A stretch of 64,000 nt of DNA from Eledone cirrhosa (GCA_964016885.1 OZ024745.1:103974001-104038000); one strand, 5' to 3'; shown: positions 1-10,989, numbered from the stretch's first letter. The notes: generated by a model from the letters alone, not told the origin. Made by a program: numbers and translations.

Positions 1-66
1 GAGATGCTGAAAAGGACCCGTCCCACCCTTGCAGGCAAGGAAAAGTGGACGTAAAATGATGATGAG
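1..66 (+). mobile_element. 3' end of an RTE LINE (same family as 26307-29480)
   Basis: gacccgtcccacccttgcaggcaaggaaaagtggacgtaaaatgatgatga matches the LINE terminus at 29417-29470. Confidence 0.85.
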
Positions 67-343
67 TCTATCCCTCAACACAACTGATTTCTTCCAAAGA
101 AAGAGAGAGAGGGAGAAAGGGTGTGTTAGAGAGGATGTGAGAAAGATATTATAGAGGACTGGTACTTTTTTATTTTTTTATTAACCTCAATGTGATTTCG
201 AGTCAGAGCACAGAGCCAGAACAAATACTGCAAAGCATTCTATCTGACTTTCTGACAACTGCCAATTAACTACCTCTCAAAGAATATTGAATACAAATCA
301 CAGAACAGAAAAAAAAACAAAAAAACTGGAAAGAACTACTAAC

Positions 344-452
344 TCATGCCTGCTAGCTGGGTATGAATATCCGACTGTCCTGTCTGCTGGGCACCATCTT
401 CACCTAAATCAATAAGGTTGCCAACATTTGAAGATTGACTGGATGCCTGAAC
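344..452 (-). CDS. TOM1L2: TOM1/TOM1L2-like exon: VQASSQSSNVGNLIDLGEDGAQQTGQSDIHTQLAGM
   Basis: catcag/GTTAGT, 109 nt, phase 0 to 1. NLIDLG (clathrin-box-like) and QLAGM motifs are typical of TOM1/TOM1L2. Confidence 0.9.
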
Positions 453-594
453 CTGATGTATAAAAAAGAAATAGAAAAAGAATTCAGAAAGCATGTCTAT
501 GAGCTTGTTTTATAAACTAGAAGATAAACTGCTTAGTTGCATAGTTTAAATTGATAATTATCAAGTTTTATTCCATTATATCTTTATTATTGTG

Positions 595-794
595 TTAACG
601 CATTACCATTTACATTACTCTATATGTACTATTGTATTTTTGTGGTAAAGGCTTTATCTCACATAATATTGAATCAATGAGGATTTTGTTAAAAATCTTA
701 ACATCAGTATGAGTGGCTAGTTACAGCCAGTTTGAGTGGAAAGAGGTGAGAGAATTCTGGCTGGATATGGCCAGTTTAAATGCTAAAGGGTTAA
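595..794. mobile_element. piggyBac-type MITE (about 210-bp family)
   Basis: TTAA at both ends. Right TIR is taaatgctaaagggTTAA and the left TIR is degraded. The body matches the copies at 3022, 5185, 16730 and 22274. Confidence 0.85.
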
Positions 795-1867
795 GTCACA
801 TGGGAAAGCAGCATATTCTCTGTGAAACATCATCATCATCACTGTTTAATGTCCATTTTTTTCCACACTGTGCATAATTCAATTTCGATTCCTAATTGAA
901 AATTATTTCAACTTATATTCTTAACACCTATTGGGAAAGCATCAATACTACAATTTATTGGTTATGTACTAGGAGAATGGTTTTATAAAATGACTTATTT
1001 ACAAACATTCTTTGAATTTATCTTTTTACAGTTGCATTTGGTATAAGCAGCTTCAGAAAGGTACACTGAATCGAGTATAAAAATAAGGCCAACAGTCAAG
1101 CAGCTATTGTAATCATCATCATCATTGACTATTTTTAATGCATGTATAAGTTAGACAGGTTTTCATGTTCTGAATCTAGACTAATACAGTGACCACATCT
1201 TGCTCATACATTCCATGTTTAGCATGGTTTCTATGGATGGATGCCCTTCCTAACACCAAACACTCTACAGTGTGTACTGTGAGCATGGTTTCTATGGCAG
1301 GATGCCTTTCCTAACACCAACCACTTTACACCATGTATTGGGAGCATGGTTTCTACAGCTGGATGTCCTTCCTAACACCAACCGTTTTACAAGCACTGTA
1401 CATTATGTAATGGGAACATTTTATCATAACTTCAGGACTACTATTTTAGAATGCAAACTGGGTACTTTTTATTATGGCACTTGCACTACAATTTTACAGA
1501 GTGAGCTGGGTGCATTTTTATCATGGTATCCTTTATTGGATGGAGGTACAATAACAACGATAATAACAGCAACATGTCTACCAAAATGGAACATCACAAT
1601 CACCCTCATCACTTTGGCATCTTCTTTTCCATGCTGGCATGGGTTTGATGACATTTTTTGAGGCAGTATTTCTATGGGTAGATAGATGCCCTTCCTGATG
1701 TCAACCTATACTTTGTTTTGCTATGGGAAATATTGTTTACGTAGGATGTAAATTCACAAGAAATAATTAGATTAATAAAATTTAAAAAAAAATTAAATAA
1801 CTAAATTTGACTTCCAACAGTGATTTTCTGCAAAAAGTTTTAGTGTAAATATATTTTTAGCATTTGC

Positions 1868-2120
1868 CTGGATTCGACAGCAGACTGGAGTGAAGGATAT
1901 AATCAAGACCATCCAGAAGAGCAAACATAGATGAGCTGGCCACGTGTCTCAGGTCAGAGACAACAGATAGACTATTAGCGTGACAGAGTGGACACCAAGG
2001 TAATGGAGAAGAACGAGAAGGTGGCTAAAGACAATCTGATCCGATATCTCGATCCCACATGGCCCAACATGGTCAGAGATAGGAAGTGATGGAGGTCAAC
2101 TAGGGAGGGGTTCCTCCAAC
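1868..2120 (+). mobile_element. Decayed RTE-clade LINE 3' fragment (third family)
   Basis: Translates IRQQTGVKDIIKTIQKSKHR*AGHVSQVRDNR*T..VTEWTPR, the RTE C-terminal WAGHV region, with stop codons. Confidence 0.7.
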
Positions 2121-2216
2121 AGGAGTGAGAAAACTCTGGATTTTGACTTTTTTTTTTGTTTTTGAAAAATCGCTTTCCATTTTGCTTGTTTTATTATTTT
2201 TTTTTTTGTTCCTTAC

Positions 2217-2374
2217 CTGTTCATATGATGGTGGAAGATAAGAATCTTGTGTTACAGGTGGGGTATTGCTTGCATCAGTGGTTTGTGAACCTGTCTGTCC
2301 AGCTCGAAACCGTTCAAATCTCTCGTAACGGAGAAATACATTATTAAGGTCATCATTCACCCGTAGTAATTCAC
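2217..2374 (-). CDS. TOM1L2: TOM1/TOM1L2-like exon (GAT end): (S)[26 protein letters not shown]...PPSYEQ
   Basis: ttctag/GTAAGG, 158 nt, phase 1 to 0. [17 protein letters not shown] is characteristic of the TOM1L2 GAT domain. Confidence 0.96.
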
Positions 2375-2602
2375 CTAGAATTAAAAAGAAAAGTAAAAAA
2401 AAAACATAAATCGAAGTAAATAAATCAAATCTTTCTTTCTTTCTTTCTAACATAATGGCAGTATCTCAAGTAAAGGTGTATCATTCTGTGTCTGTCAACC
2501 TCTACTGCTAACCATCGCTCTCTCTCTGCCCATTACTCACATCTGTTGCTTATCATCACTCACTCTTTCTAACTATGACCCGTCATTATTATTCTTATAT
2601 CA

Positions 2603-2790
2603 TGGCGCGGTGGATTGGCAGTATCGGTAGAGGGTCGGACGCCATGCTTTCCAGCATAGTTAAGTCCCTTTACGATCTGAGTTCAAATCCCGCCGAGGTT
2701 GACTTTGCTTTTCATCCTTGCGGGGTCGATAAAATAAAGTACCAGTAATGCACTGGGTAATTGCTGGCCTTGTGCCTAAAGTAGAAACAA
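2603..2790 (+). mobile_element. tRNA-derived SINE family A (about 190 bp, ATT tail)
   Basis: A-box TGGCAGTATCGG, B-box GTTCAAATC, central gactttgc(c/t)tttcatcctt..ggggtcgataaaataaagtaccag, 15-bp TSD attattcttatatca. Other copies at about 7130-7320(-), 13465-13665(-), 24091-24182, 35030-35181, 38056-38162(-), 48195-48300(-) and 61973-62152. Confidence 0.9.
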
Positions 2791-3021
2791 TTATTCTTAT
2801 ATCACACTCTTGTGCTCTTTTTCTATCCAACCTCCAACATATTACCAACAACCAGCATATAGCTATCATTGTCTCTCTTTCATTAATCCCTCTCCTACCA
2901 TCCTATCACTATTTCCTCCATCATACTCACTTCCCTTTCACTCTCTCTGTCATCATTCACCTTCTACTTATACTTTCAATCTTGTTTGCCTTGAAAGAAT
3001 AGAGACAGGACTGTTTAGTTT

Positions 3022-3239
3022 TTAACCCTTTAGCATTTAAACCGGCCAGAATTCCTTCACCTCTTTCTGTTCAAACTGGCTGTAATTAGCCACTGATGTT
3101 TAGGTTAAGGTATTGTTCTCAAAATAAATAATATCAAAATCTCATAGATTCAATATTATGTGAGATATTATGTAAGATAAAGCCTTTACTGCGAAAATAC
3201 AATAGTAAATATAGAGTAATATAAATGTTAAAGGGTTAA
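3022..3239. mobile_element. piggyBac-type MITE, opposite orientation to the 595 and 5185 copies
   Basis: TTAA-CCCTTTAGCATTTA ... TAAATGTTAAAGGG-TTAA. Confidence 0.9.
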
Positions 3240-3839
3240 AGGAACGTGCCTATCCTACCAGCATATATATATAATAATAATAAAAATGAGGTGTTAGATC
3301 TTGCTATGATAAAATGCACCCAGTACACCCTGTAAGGTTATTGAGGACCAAAAAGAGATAAGTATGGTACAGAGAATGCTTTAGTCATGTTGAGAACAGG
3401 ACAACCACTCTACTGCCAATGCCAAGATAAAACACAATCGGTACACTAGAAGTGCAGTAATTTTGAACAAGAACTGACTCAGATCATGACAGCCTGTTCA
3501 ACCCATACTAACATGGAAAGCAAATATAAAAATGATGAAGCTGGTTGTAAAGAGTAATTTTCTGTGAGAACTGATCAGAAGACAATCTATTTTCTCTTCA
3601 AGTGTCAGGAAAAGATTAATAGCAAATATGTGGGTTTTTGAAAAAGTTAAATTCCTTCGTTTTGCTTGTTAATTACTTAGGTCATTAATTTTCATGATCA
3701 TCATCATCGTTTAATGTCTCTTTTCCATGCTTGCAGGTGACAAGGTTTTGATTATACAATCTGTTTTTGGATTGGTTTTCTGTGGTTGGATGCCCTTCCT
3801 AATACCAACCAGTTTAGTGTGTACTCGGAGCTTTTTTCA

Positions 3840-5090
3840 TCACACTAGCATGACCACCTTACAGAGTGGACTGGGTGTTTTTTGTTGTGGCACCAATATA
3901 ACCACCTTACAGTGTAGACTGTGTGCTATTTGTCATGGCACCAGTATAACTATCTTACAGGGTGGACTGGGTGCTTTTTGTTGTGGCACTAGTATGGCCA
4001 CCTTATAGAATGTACTGGGTGCTTTTTGTTGTGGCACTAGTATGACCACCTTATAGAATAGACTGGGTGCTTTTTGTTGTGGCACTAGTATGACCACCTT
4101 ATAGAATGTACTGGGTGCTTTTTGTTGTGGCACTAGTATGACCACCTTATAGAATGTACTGGGTGTTTTTTGTTGTGGCACTAGTATGGCCACCTTATAG
4201 AATGTACTGGGTGCTTTTTGTTGTGGCACTAGTATGACCACCTTATAGAATAGACTGGGTGCTTTTTGTTGTGGCACTAGTATGACCACCTTATAGAATA
4301 GACTGGGTGCTTTTTGTTGTGGCACTAGTATGACCACCTTATAGAATAGACTGGGTGCTTTTTGTTGTGGCACTAGTATGACCACCTTATAGAATGTACT
4401 GGGTGCTTTTTGTTGTGGGACTAGTATGACCACCTTATAGAATAAAATGGGTGCATTTTGTTGTGGAACTAGTCTGACCACCTTATAGAATAGACTGGGT
4501 GCTTTTTGTTGTGGCACTAGTATGACCACCTTATAGAATAGACTGGGTGCTTTTTGTTGTGGCACTAGTATGACCACCTTATAGAATAGACTGGGTGCTT
4601 TTTGTTGTGGCACTAGTATGACCACCTTATAGAATAGACTGGGTGCTTTTTGTTGTGGCACTAGTATGACCACCTTATAGAATGTACTGGGTGCTTTTTG
4701 TTGTAGCACTAGTATGACCACCTTATAGAATGTACTGGGTGCTTTTTGTTGTGGCACTAGTATGACCACCTTATAGAATAGACTGGGTGCTTTTTGTTGT
4801 GGCACTAGTATGACCACCTTATAGAATAGACTGGGTGCTTTTTGTTGTGGCACTAGTATGACCACCTTATAGAATAGACTGGGTGCTTTTTGTTGTGGCA
4901 CTAGTATGACCACCTTATAGAATAGACTGGGTGCTTTTTGTTGTGGCACTAGTATGACCACCTTATAGAATAGACTGGGTGCTTTTTGTTGTGGCACTAG
5001 TATGACCACCTTATAGAATAGACTGGGTGCTTTTTGTTGTGGCACTAGTATGACCACCTTATAGAATAGACTGAATGCTTTTTTTGTTGT
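3840..5090. repeat. 48-bp minisatellite, roughly 25 units
   Basis: Unit is ggcactagtatgaccaccttatagaat(ag/gt)actgggtgctttttgttgt. It gives the 16-aa repeat VVILVPQQKAPSLFYK in the minus-strand ORF. Confidence 0.97.
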
Positions 5091-5184
5091 AACTAAAATT
5101 GAAAAATATGCTCCATAAAAACAGTTTCGAGGTTTTCTGGACCAATCTGAAACACTAGAAAAAGGGACTTACATATTACTACCA

Positions 5185-5392
5185 TTAACCCTTTAGCATT
5201 TACATTATATTTACTATTATATTTTCACATTAAAGGCTTTACCTCACATAATATTAAATTTATGAGATTTTGATATTTATTTTGAGAACAATATCTTAAT
5301 ATCAGTATGAGCGGACAGTTCCAGCCAGTTTGAACAGAAAGAGACAAGAGAATTCTGGCTAGATATGGCCGGTTTAAATGCTAAAGGGTTAA
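5185..5392. mobile_element. piggyBac-type MITE
   Basis: TTAA-CCCTTTAGCATTTA ... TAAATGCTAAAGGG-TTAA, with perfect 14-bp TIRs. Confidence 0.92.
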
Positions 5393-5422
5393 GTGACAAA
5401 TAAGGAAAGAAAAAAAACTTAC

Positions 5423-5501
5423 TTGTGACTTCCTCATTGGCAACTTGGTCAAGTAAGTCTACAAGTCGCTGTTGCATTTGACGACAGGTTCGATTCAGTT
5501 C
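5423..5501 (-). CDS. TOM1L2: TOM1/TOM1L2-like exon (GAT): ELNRTCRQMQQRLVDLLDQVANEEVT
   Basis: gccttag/GTAAGT, 79 nt, phase 0 to 1. Contains the ELNRTCRxMQQR motif. Confidence 0.95.
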
Positions 5502-5714
5502 CTAAGGCAAAGATAAAGAGAATTAACTACATCTCTTACAGAACCATATGGAGTATAATGGACATGATTTAACAAGTTGTTATAAAAAACAAAAACAAGG
5601 AAGAATATGGTACCACATATAGTGACAGGTTCAAGCATAAGGAAATTTTCTCTGATGAAATGTACCAATCACATAATCAACTGTCCTCTGAGTATTATAG
5701 ATTAAAAAGTCTTC

Positions 5715-6205
5715 TTCTTCGGCCATTTATTCCTAAGAGGATTGTGGAGGCAGAGTCCTCAAGTACTCCTTCCAGAAGCAAATGTCTCCAATTGAACTGG
5801 TTGGATCCCCAAGCGAGACCAGCCGAGCTCATGGAGGTTATACATCTTGCTTGGGGTCTATTCCTGGGTCTCTCGTCAGTTCGTTTTGTCTGTAAAATCT
5901 GTTCAACAATTCTTTCCTGAAAAGTTCTAACCACATGTCCATGATATCAGAGCTGTGATCTCTCAATTCGGAGCGACTCTGATCTTCGAGCTATGTATTC
6001 TATTGAGTAACGTTACTCCAAAGACCCTTTGGAGGAACCCCATTTTGGCCAATTGCATTCATGATCGTATTCTTTCAGTCATTACCTAAGATTCATGACC
6101 ATAGGTTACAGTTGGCACGAATACTGAATCAAAGCTTTTAAAGCTACCTCCTTTACTTCTGATTACAGAATGCTGACGCTGGCACATTACTGCACCAGTT
6201 CCTGC
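5715..6205 (-). mobile_element. RTE-clade LINE 3' fragment, second family (plus-strand copies at about 20826-21200 and 41275-41545)
   Basis: Encodes GHVVRTFQERIVEQILQTK...RPRNRPQAR. The reverse complement aligns by eye with 20826-21150. Confidence 0.75.
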
Positions 6206-6271
6206 AATAGAAAGAAAAGTTAAGCAGCAATATAAAACAAAAATGCTGTGACACAGGTTATGTTAACTTAC

Positions 6272-6589
6272 CTGCAAAAGTTCAAGATCTGAGGTGTCTA
6301 CATTGTAAGGGCTCAGTTCTGTCAACATTTCACCCATCACACGGACATTTCCTTGGACTACATCGAGTTCACTCTTCAGTTTGTCCAACTGTTCATTTGT
6401 TGGGATAATGGACCCACTAGACATGGTAACAGAAACCTGTTGCTGCTGCTGCGGCTGCTGTTGCTGCTGTTGTTGTTGTTGTTGTTGTTGTTGCTGCTGC
6501 TGCTGCTGCTGCTGTTGCTGTTGTAGTAAGAGTTGTTGTTGCTGTTGTTGCTGTTGTAGTAGTTGTTGTTGCGGTGGTGTATTTGTGGG
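6272..6589 (-). CDS. TOM1L2: TOM1/TOM1L2-like exon: polyQ linker plus start of the GAT domain (..[34 protein letters not shown])
   Basis: ctattgcag/GTAAGT, 318 nt, phase 0-0. Contains the GAT motif KLxSELDVVxGNxxVMxEMLTE. Confidence 0.93.
6438..6571 (-). repeat. Coding CAG/CAA polyglutamine tract
   Basis: Mixed (CTG/TTG)n on the plus strand. Translates as QQQLLQ8LLLQ23PQ5 inside the exon. Confidence 0.95.
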
Positions 6590-7334
6590 CTGCAATAGAG
6601 AATTAACTGCTATATACACTTGTCTGAAGACACTGGTCATAATATCTCTTGCTTTCATGGAACATACATGAATGTTCTTTATTTTTTTAAGAAGAGAAGT
6701 TACCCATATGACATGTTGGATCAAAGGACGGAGGCGTGTAAATCTACTTTAATTAATTTAGTTTGAAAAATTTGACATTGTCACCAGTATCATCATTTAA
6801 CATCCGTTTTCCCTTGTTAGCTAAAGAATTATACAACAACATCTGAGAAAAAAATCCCACAGATAGGTAGCTATCAGAAGTAAACATAACATTTGGTGTG
6901 AGACTGTATGAAAGAGAGAGAGAGAGAGATGAGAACAGTACTCCTTTGTGAGATCTATTTAAAGCTGAAATATATATATATCATTTATCAATTTAATTAC
7001 ATAATAAACAACACAATATAATTATTCCATTACCAAAGGTTTCAGGAAACTAGATGATTCTTACAGAAACATCCAGCCTGTTCATCAGATAAAATAATTA
7101 TGTTTTGGATATATATATATATATATAGTAATAATTGTTTCTACTATTGGCACAAGGCCAGCAATTACCCAGTGCATTACTGGTACTTTATTTTATCGAT
7201 CCCGTAAGGATGAAAGGCAAAGTTAACCTCGGCGGGATTTGAACTCAGAATGGCAAGGGCCGTAACTCTATGCGTCAAAGAATGGTGTCCGACCCTCTAC
7301 CGATACTGCCAATCCACCAGCATATATATATATA

Positions 7335-7560
7335 ATAATAATAAAAATGAGGTGTTAGATCTTCATTACATTTATTGAGGTGTGACGCGTGTTTCGCAAT
7401 TGATCAGATCAAGGCTCGATCTGTATTGATTGGGCCCGACTCTGGAATCAAAAGTTCGTCGTCGGACTTCTGTTATTATTATTACACTCTGTTTAGTACA
7501 ACACCAATATACCTACTGGAAACTATGCATCGAGTGCTCACTCGACATTACAACCCCTAA
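7335..7560 (-). mobile_element. Probable Penelope-like terminal (pLTR) fragment with a hammerhead-like core
   Basis: Minus strand reads CCGACGA ... GCGAAAC-ACGC-GTC. The end motif aataataaaaatgaggtgttagatctt recurs at about 3275-3302. Confidence 0.5.
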
Positions 7561-7562
7561 AC

Positions 7563-7601
<39 letters not shown>

Positions 7602-8847
7602 TGCAAAGAAAATTGCAAGTTCCTTTCGTATAATTTAAGCAATGTTGTGAAAGGTTGCTGGAAATGGTAATTTAGGAATTGGTGGTGGTGGTGATAGGGA
7701 GATAAGGAAAGAACTTCAATTGTTTCTAGGTAGATATCATTCAATTATCTATCACAATTAAGAAAAAAATTTGTACAGATGTTTCCTAGATTAAAAGTTA
7801 TATCGGATCACCTATGACCCCACTTAAACATTGTCAATGATGGCTAAAGGGATTCAGTATCATTTAATAGAATGTCATTCATGAAGATCAGGCTGTTATG
7901 AAAATAACAAGCTTTGAGGGAGATAAGAGAGGGATGCTGACAAATAGGGTACAACTAGAGACAAAGCTTCCAAGAAAGTTGACAGCCCATTAAACATTCT
8001 ACATATATGTCACCTTCTCACCTATTGTCACTTACTCATGGCATCATATTTATTGTCCTTCTTTCTTACCACCTCCTACCCCTCTCAAATAAAAACACGC
8101 TCACTTGGGACAAGTCACTTTGCTTCCATAGGGTTGAAAGGACCCTTCAGTTACTGCACGACAACTCTCTAGTGCTGGTGCCATGAAAAAATTGCACCCA
8201 GTACACCCTGTAAAATGGGTGATGATAGGAAGGGCCTCTAAATGTAGAAACCATGTCCAAAAAGAACTGAGAGAACTCTTCAATTGTGTCAATGGCATGA
8301 CAACCTCTCTAAGATTGGTGACATGATAAAACAAGCACACAGTACACTCTGTAAAGTGGTTAGTGATAGGAAAGGCATCTATAGAAAACTTGCCAAACAA
8401 AGGATAGAGGGGATACTTTAGTCTTGTCAATGACATGACAACCTCTTTAGTGTTGGTACCATAAAGAAAATGGATGTTAAATGGTGATGATGACCACACA
8501 GACAGACAAGCAGATAGATGACATAACTGACAAGAGAATGCTCATTTCTGGTATGAATTAAAGCATTTTTAGAACATTCAGTACATCCCCCATCCCATTT
8601 GTGTTTCATGAATTCAACATAGAGTTTTAGAACATTTTTTTCAGAGAATAGAGTTCATATGACAGATAAACAAAAAGGCTGTATAGTTATTATAATATAG
8701 ATTAGGTGGTAGACAGGAAGAGTTGTTAGAGCATTGGACATAATGCTTTGCAGTGTTTGTTCCAGCTCTTTACATTCTGAGTTCAAATTTGCCTTTCATG
8801 CTTCTGGAGTTGATAAAATAATGCACCAGTGAAGAACTGGAGTTGAT

Positions 8848-9158
8848 TTAACCTCTTCAGTGACATAGATGAGATAACTCATCCTAACATGTATGCATTC
8901 CAGTGCTACGGATGACACAACCTGTCCTAACGCATTTGAACTTGTTTCCAACAGTTCATAACTTCAAAGTTATGAACTCTGTTCCAACAGTTCATAACTT
9001 CAAAGCTAGATAGAGTTACTAGGTTTAGTGATGTGACATTTGTCAAATATGTGTTGTTAATAAATGTTTGCTTAAAAAAATAGTCATTTTACTGAAAAAA
9101 AAAAATCTGGCACAGCAAATGTAACTGTGTAAAATATATGTGTCAGTCAACAGGTTAA
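8848..9158. mobile_element. Second piggyBac-type MITE family, inserted into an old SINE
   Basis: TTAA-CCTCTTCAGTGACA ... TGTCAGTCAACAGG-TTAA with imperfect TIRs. SINE sequence stops at about 8847 and resumes at about 9159. Confidence 0.7.
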
Positions 9159-9649
9159 TCGACTTTCCCTCCTCCAAATTGCAGGCCTTGTGCCTAAAGT
9201 AGAAAACATTATATTACAGACTATATAGTAAAACTAGTTGAAAGTAGTAACTACATATGCTATGATTATTAAGCAGTTTCTACCTTGGTGAGGAATTTTT
9301 TTTAGATTAGTTTCAAATGATTACATTTACTTTTGTAGTTTTTAGTGTATGGCAGTATTATTATTTTTATAATCTGTCTAATTTATATTGTAATTGTATT
9401 TATTTTAGTGAAAGGTATTCATTATCTACTTCCTTTTTTTCAAAAAAGCTATTGTACATATCTTTCTGTCACGAGAAGTAGTAAAATATGTCAAGTAATA
9501 AACAAGGTTTCCAGCAGGCAATACTAAACATATACTAGCAGAAATACTAGGCTGGGTGGTACTAATTTAATTAGATTGATGTTCCATTATTCTATGTTGA
9601 AATTCTACTTGGATTAAATTTGTATTTCATTCCTCCACAAAACACACAT

Positions 9650-9700
<51 letters not shown>

Positions 9701-9704
<4 letters not shown>

Positions 9705-10989
9705 GGAGGATCAAAAAGTCCGCGGAATTTTATCGTAGCAAGAAAAAAAATCAGGTTAAAACAATATTAAACATGTCAGAACATTGTCACTTGTAGTCAG
9801 TTATGCCCGGGACTATTGTACAGTACTGACACTCTTTAAAAAACCTCTTTTTGGAACAATGGAAAATAGTTATTTTGAGATAAGGTCGAATATCAAGTTT
9901 CTGGTGAAACTCAAATGGAAAGGGACACAGATTATGGAGGCTTTAGTTAAAGTTTATGGTACTACTGCTCCAAAGAAAACTGCTGTCTACAAGTGGATTC
10001 AGCGATTCAAACAAGGGAAAAACGACCTTGAAGACCACCATCGTAGTGGAAGACCAGGAACATCAAAAAATGACCAAAACGTTGAGGCCGCTCAGACTTT
10101 AATTGAAGAAGATCGAAGAATAACAGTTAATCAGTTAACTAAGTCCTTAGACATTTCATATGGTTCAGCAAATTCAATTCTGCACGATAATTTGGGACTA
10201 AGCAAGCTTTCAGCGCGATGGGTCCCAAAAGCAGTGCGCCCTGATCAGCTGATTCTTCAAAGTGATCTGTCTTTGGCGATATTAAACAAAATTGAAGTTG
10301 ATGAAGAGCATTTCCTGACTAGAATCATCACCAGAGATGAAACCTGGATCTACCAGTATGATCCTGAATCCAAACAGCAGTCAAAACAGTGGCTTCCACG
10401 TGGATCATCGGGGCCAATCAAGTTCAAATCTCAAAAGTTGGATCAAGAAGTGATGGCCACCATTTTCTGGGATTCAGATGGGGTGATACTAATAGATTAT
10501 CTTGAAGGTCAAAGAACTGTGACAGGAGCTTACTATGCAAATGTTTTAAGGAAGCTGAAAGAGCCATTAGTCAAGAAACGAAAAGGGAAACTTCATGGTG
10601 GGATCCTGTTTCACCATGACAATGCACCAGCGCATTCTGCGCGGGTTGCAAAAGAAGTTCTTTGAGAATTTCCATGGGAAGTGCTTCCTCATCTGTCTTA
10701 TAGTCCAGATTTAGCCCCATCAGACTTTTTCCTCTTTCCAAAACTCAAAGAAATGCTAAAAGGAACCCGTTTTAGTGGTGTTGAAGAAGCTAAAAACACT
10801 GCCAACACATGGCTCCGAACAAGGCTTTCAACTTTCTTTAGAGACGGCTTACGAAGCTGGAAGCATTGCCTTGTGAAGTGTATTGACCTGGATGGCAACT
10901 ATGTAGAAAAATAAATTGAAGGTAAATCATATTTTTTGAAAAATAGATTATTTTCTGAAAAATTCCGCAAACTTTTTGATCCCCCCTCG
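9701..10989 (+). mobile_element. Full-length mariner transposon (Hsmar2/irritans-like), 1289 bp
   Basis: TIRs of about 30 bp: (t/c)gagggaggatcaaaaagtccgcggaatttt and aaaattccgcaaactttttgatcccccctcg. TA flanks, inserted in a (TA)n. Confidence 0.96.
9859..10914 (+). pseudogene. Mariner DD34D transposase with a single in-frame TGA at 10663-10665
   Basis: WVPK, ITRDETW, HHDNA and YSPDLAPSDF motifs. The two ORFs in the track are in the same frame across L*EFPWE. Confidence 0.93.

Noticed and set aside
2603-2804. SINE-A mobilised by the Dong-like element
   Set aside because: The SINE tail is (ATT)n whereas the Dong-like tail is (TAA)n on the sense strand, and I see no shared 3' sequence.
3933-5057. 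374-aa repetitive ORF as a real protein
   Set aside because: It is a by-product of a stop-free 48-bp (3n) minisatellite in an intron, with no convincing splice or start context.
3985-5075. CRISPR-like array
   Set aside because: Units are head-to-tail with no unique spacers, and the context is eukaryotic.
6381-6671. Poly-Cys ORF on the plus strand
   Set aside because: It is the antisense shadow of the polyQ exon.
10663-10665. A-to-I editing rescue of transposon stop codons (TGA here; TAG at 43921 and 63859)
   Set aside because: These are explained by ordinary transition mutations. Editing here would give Trp rather than the ancestral Arg, and the other copies have additional lesions.
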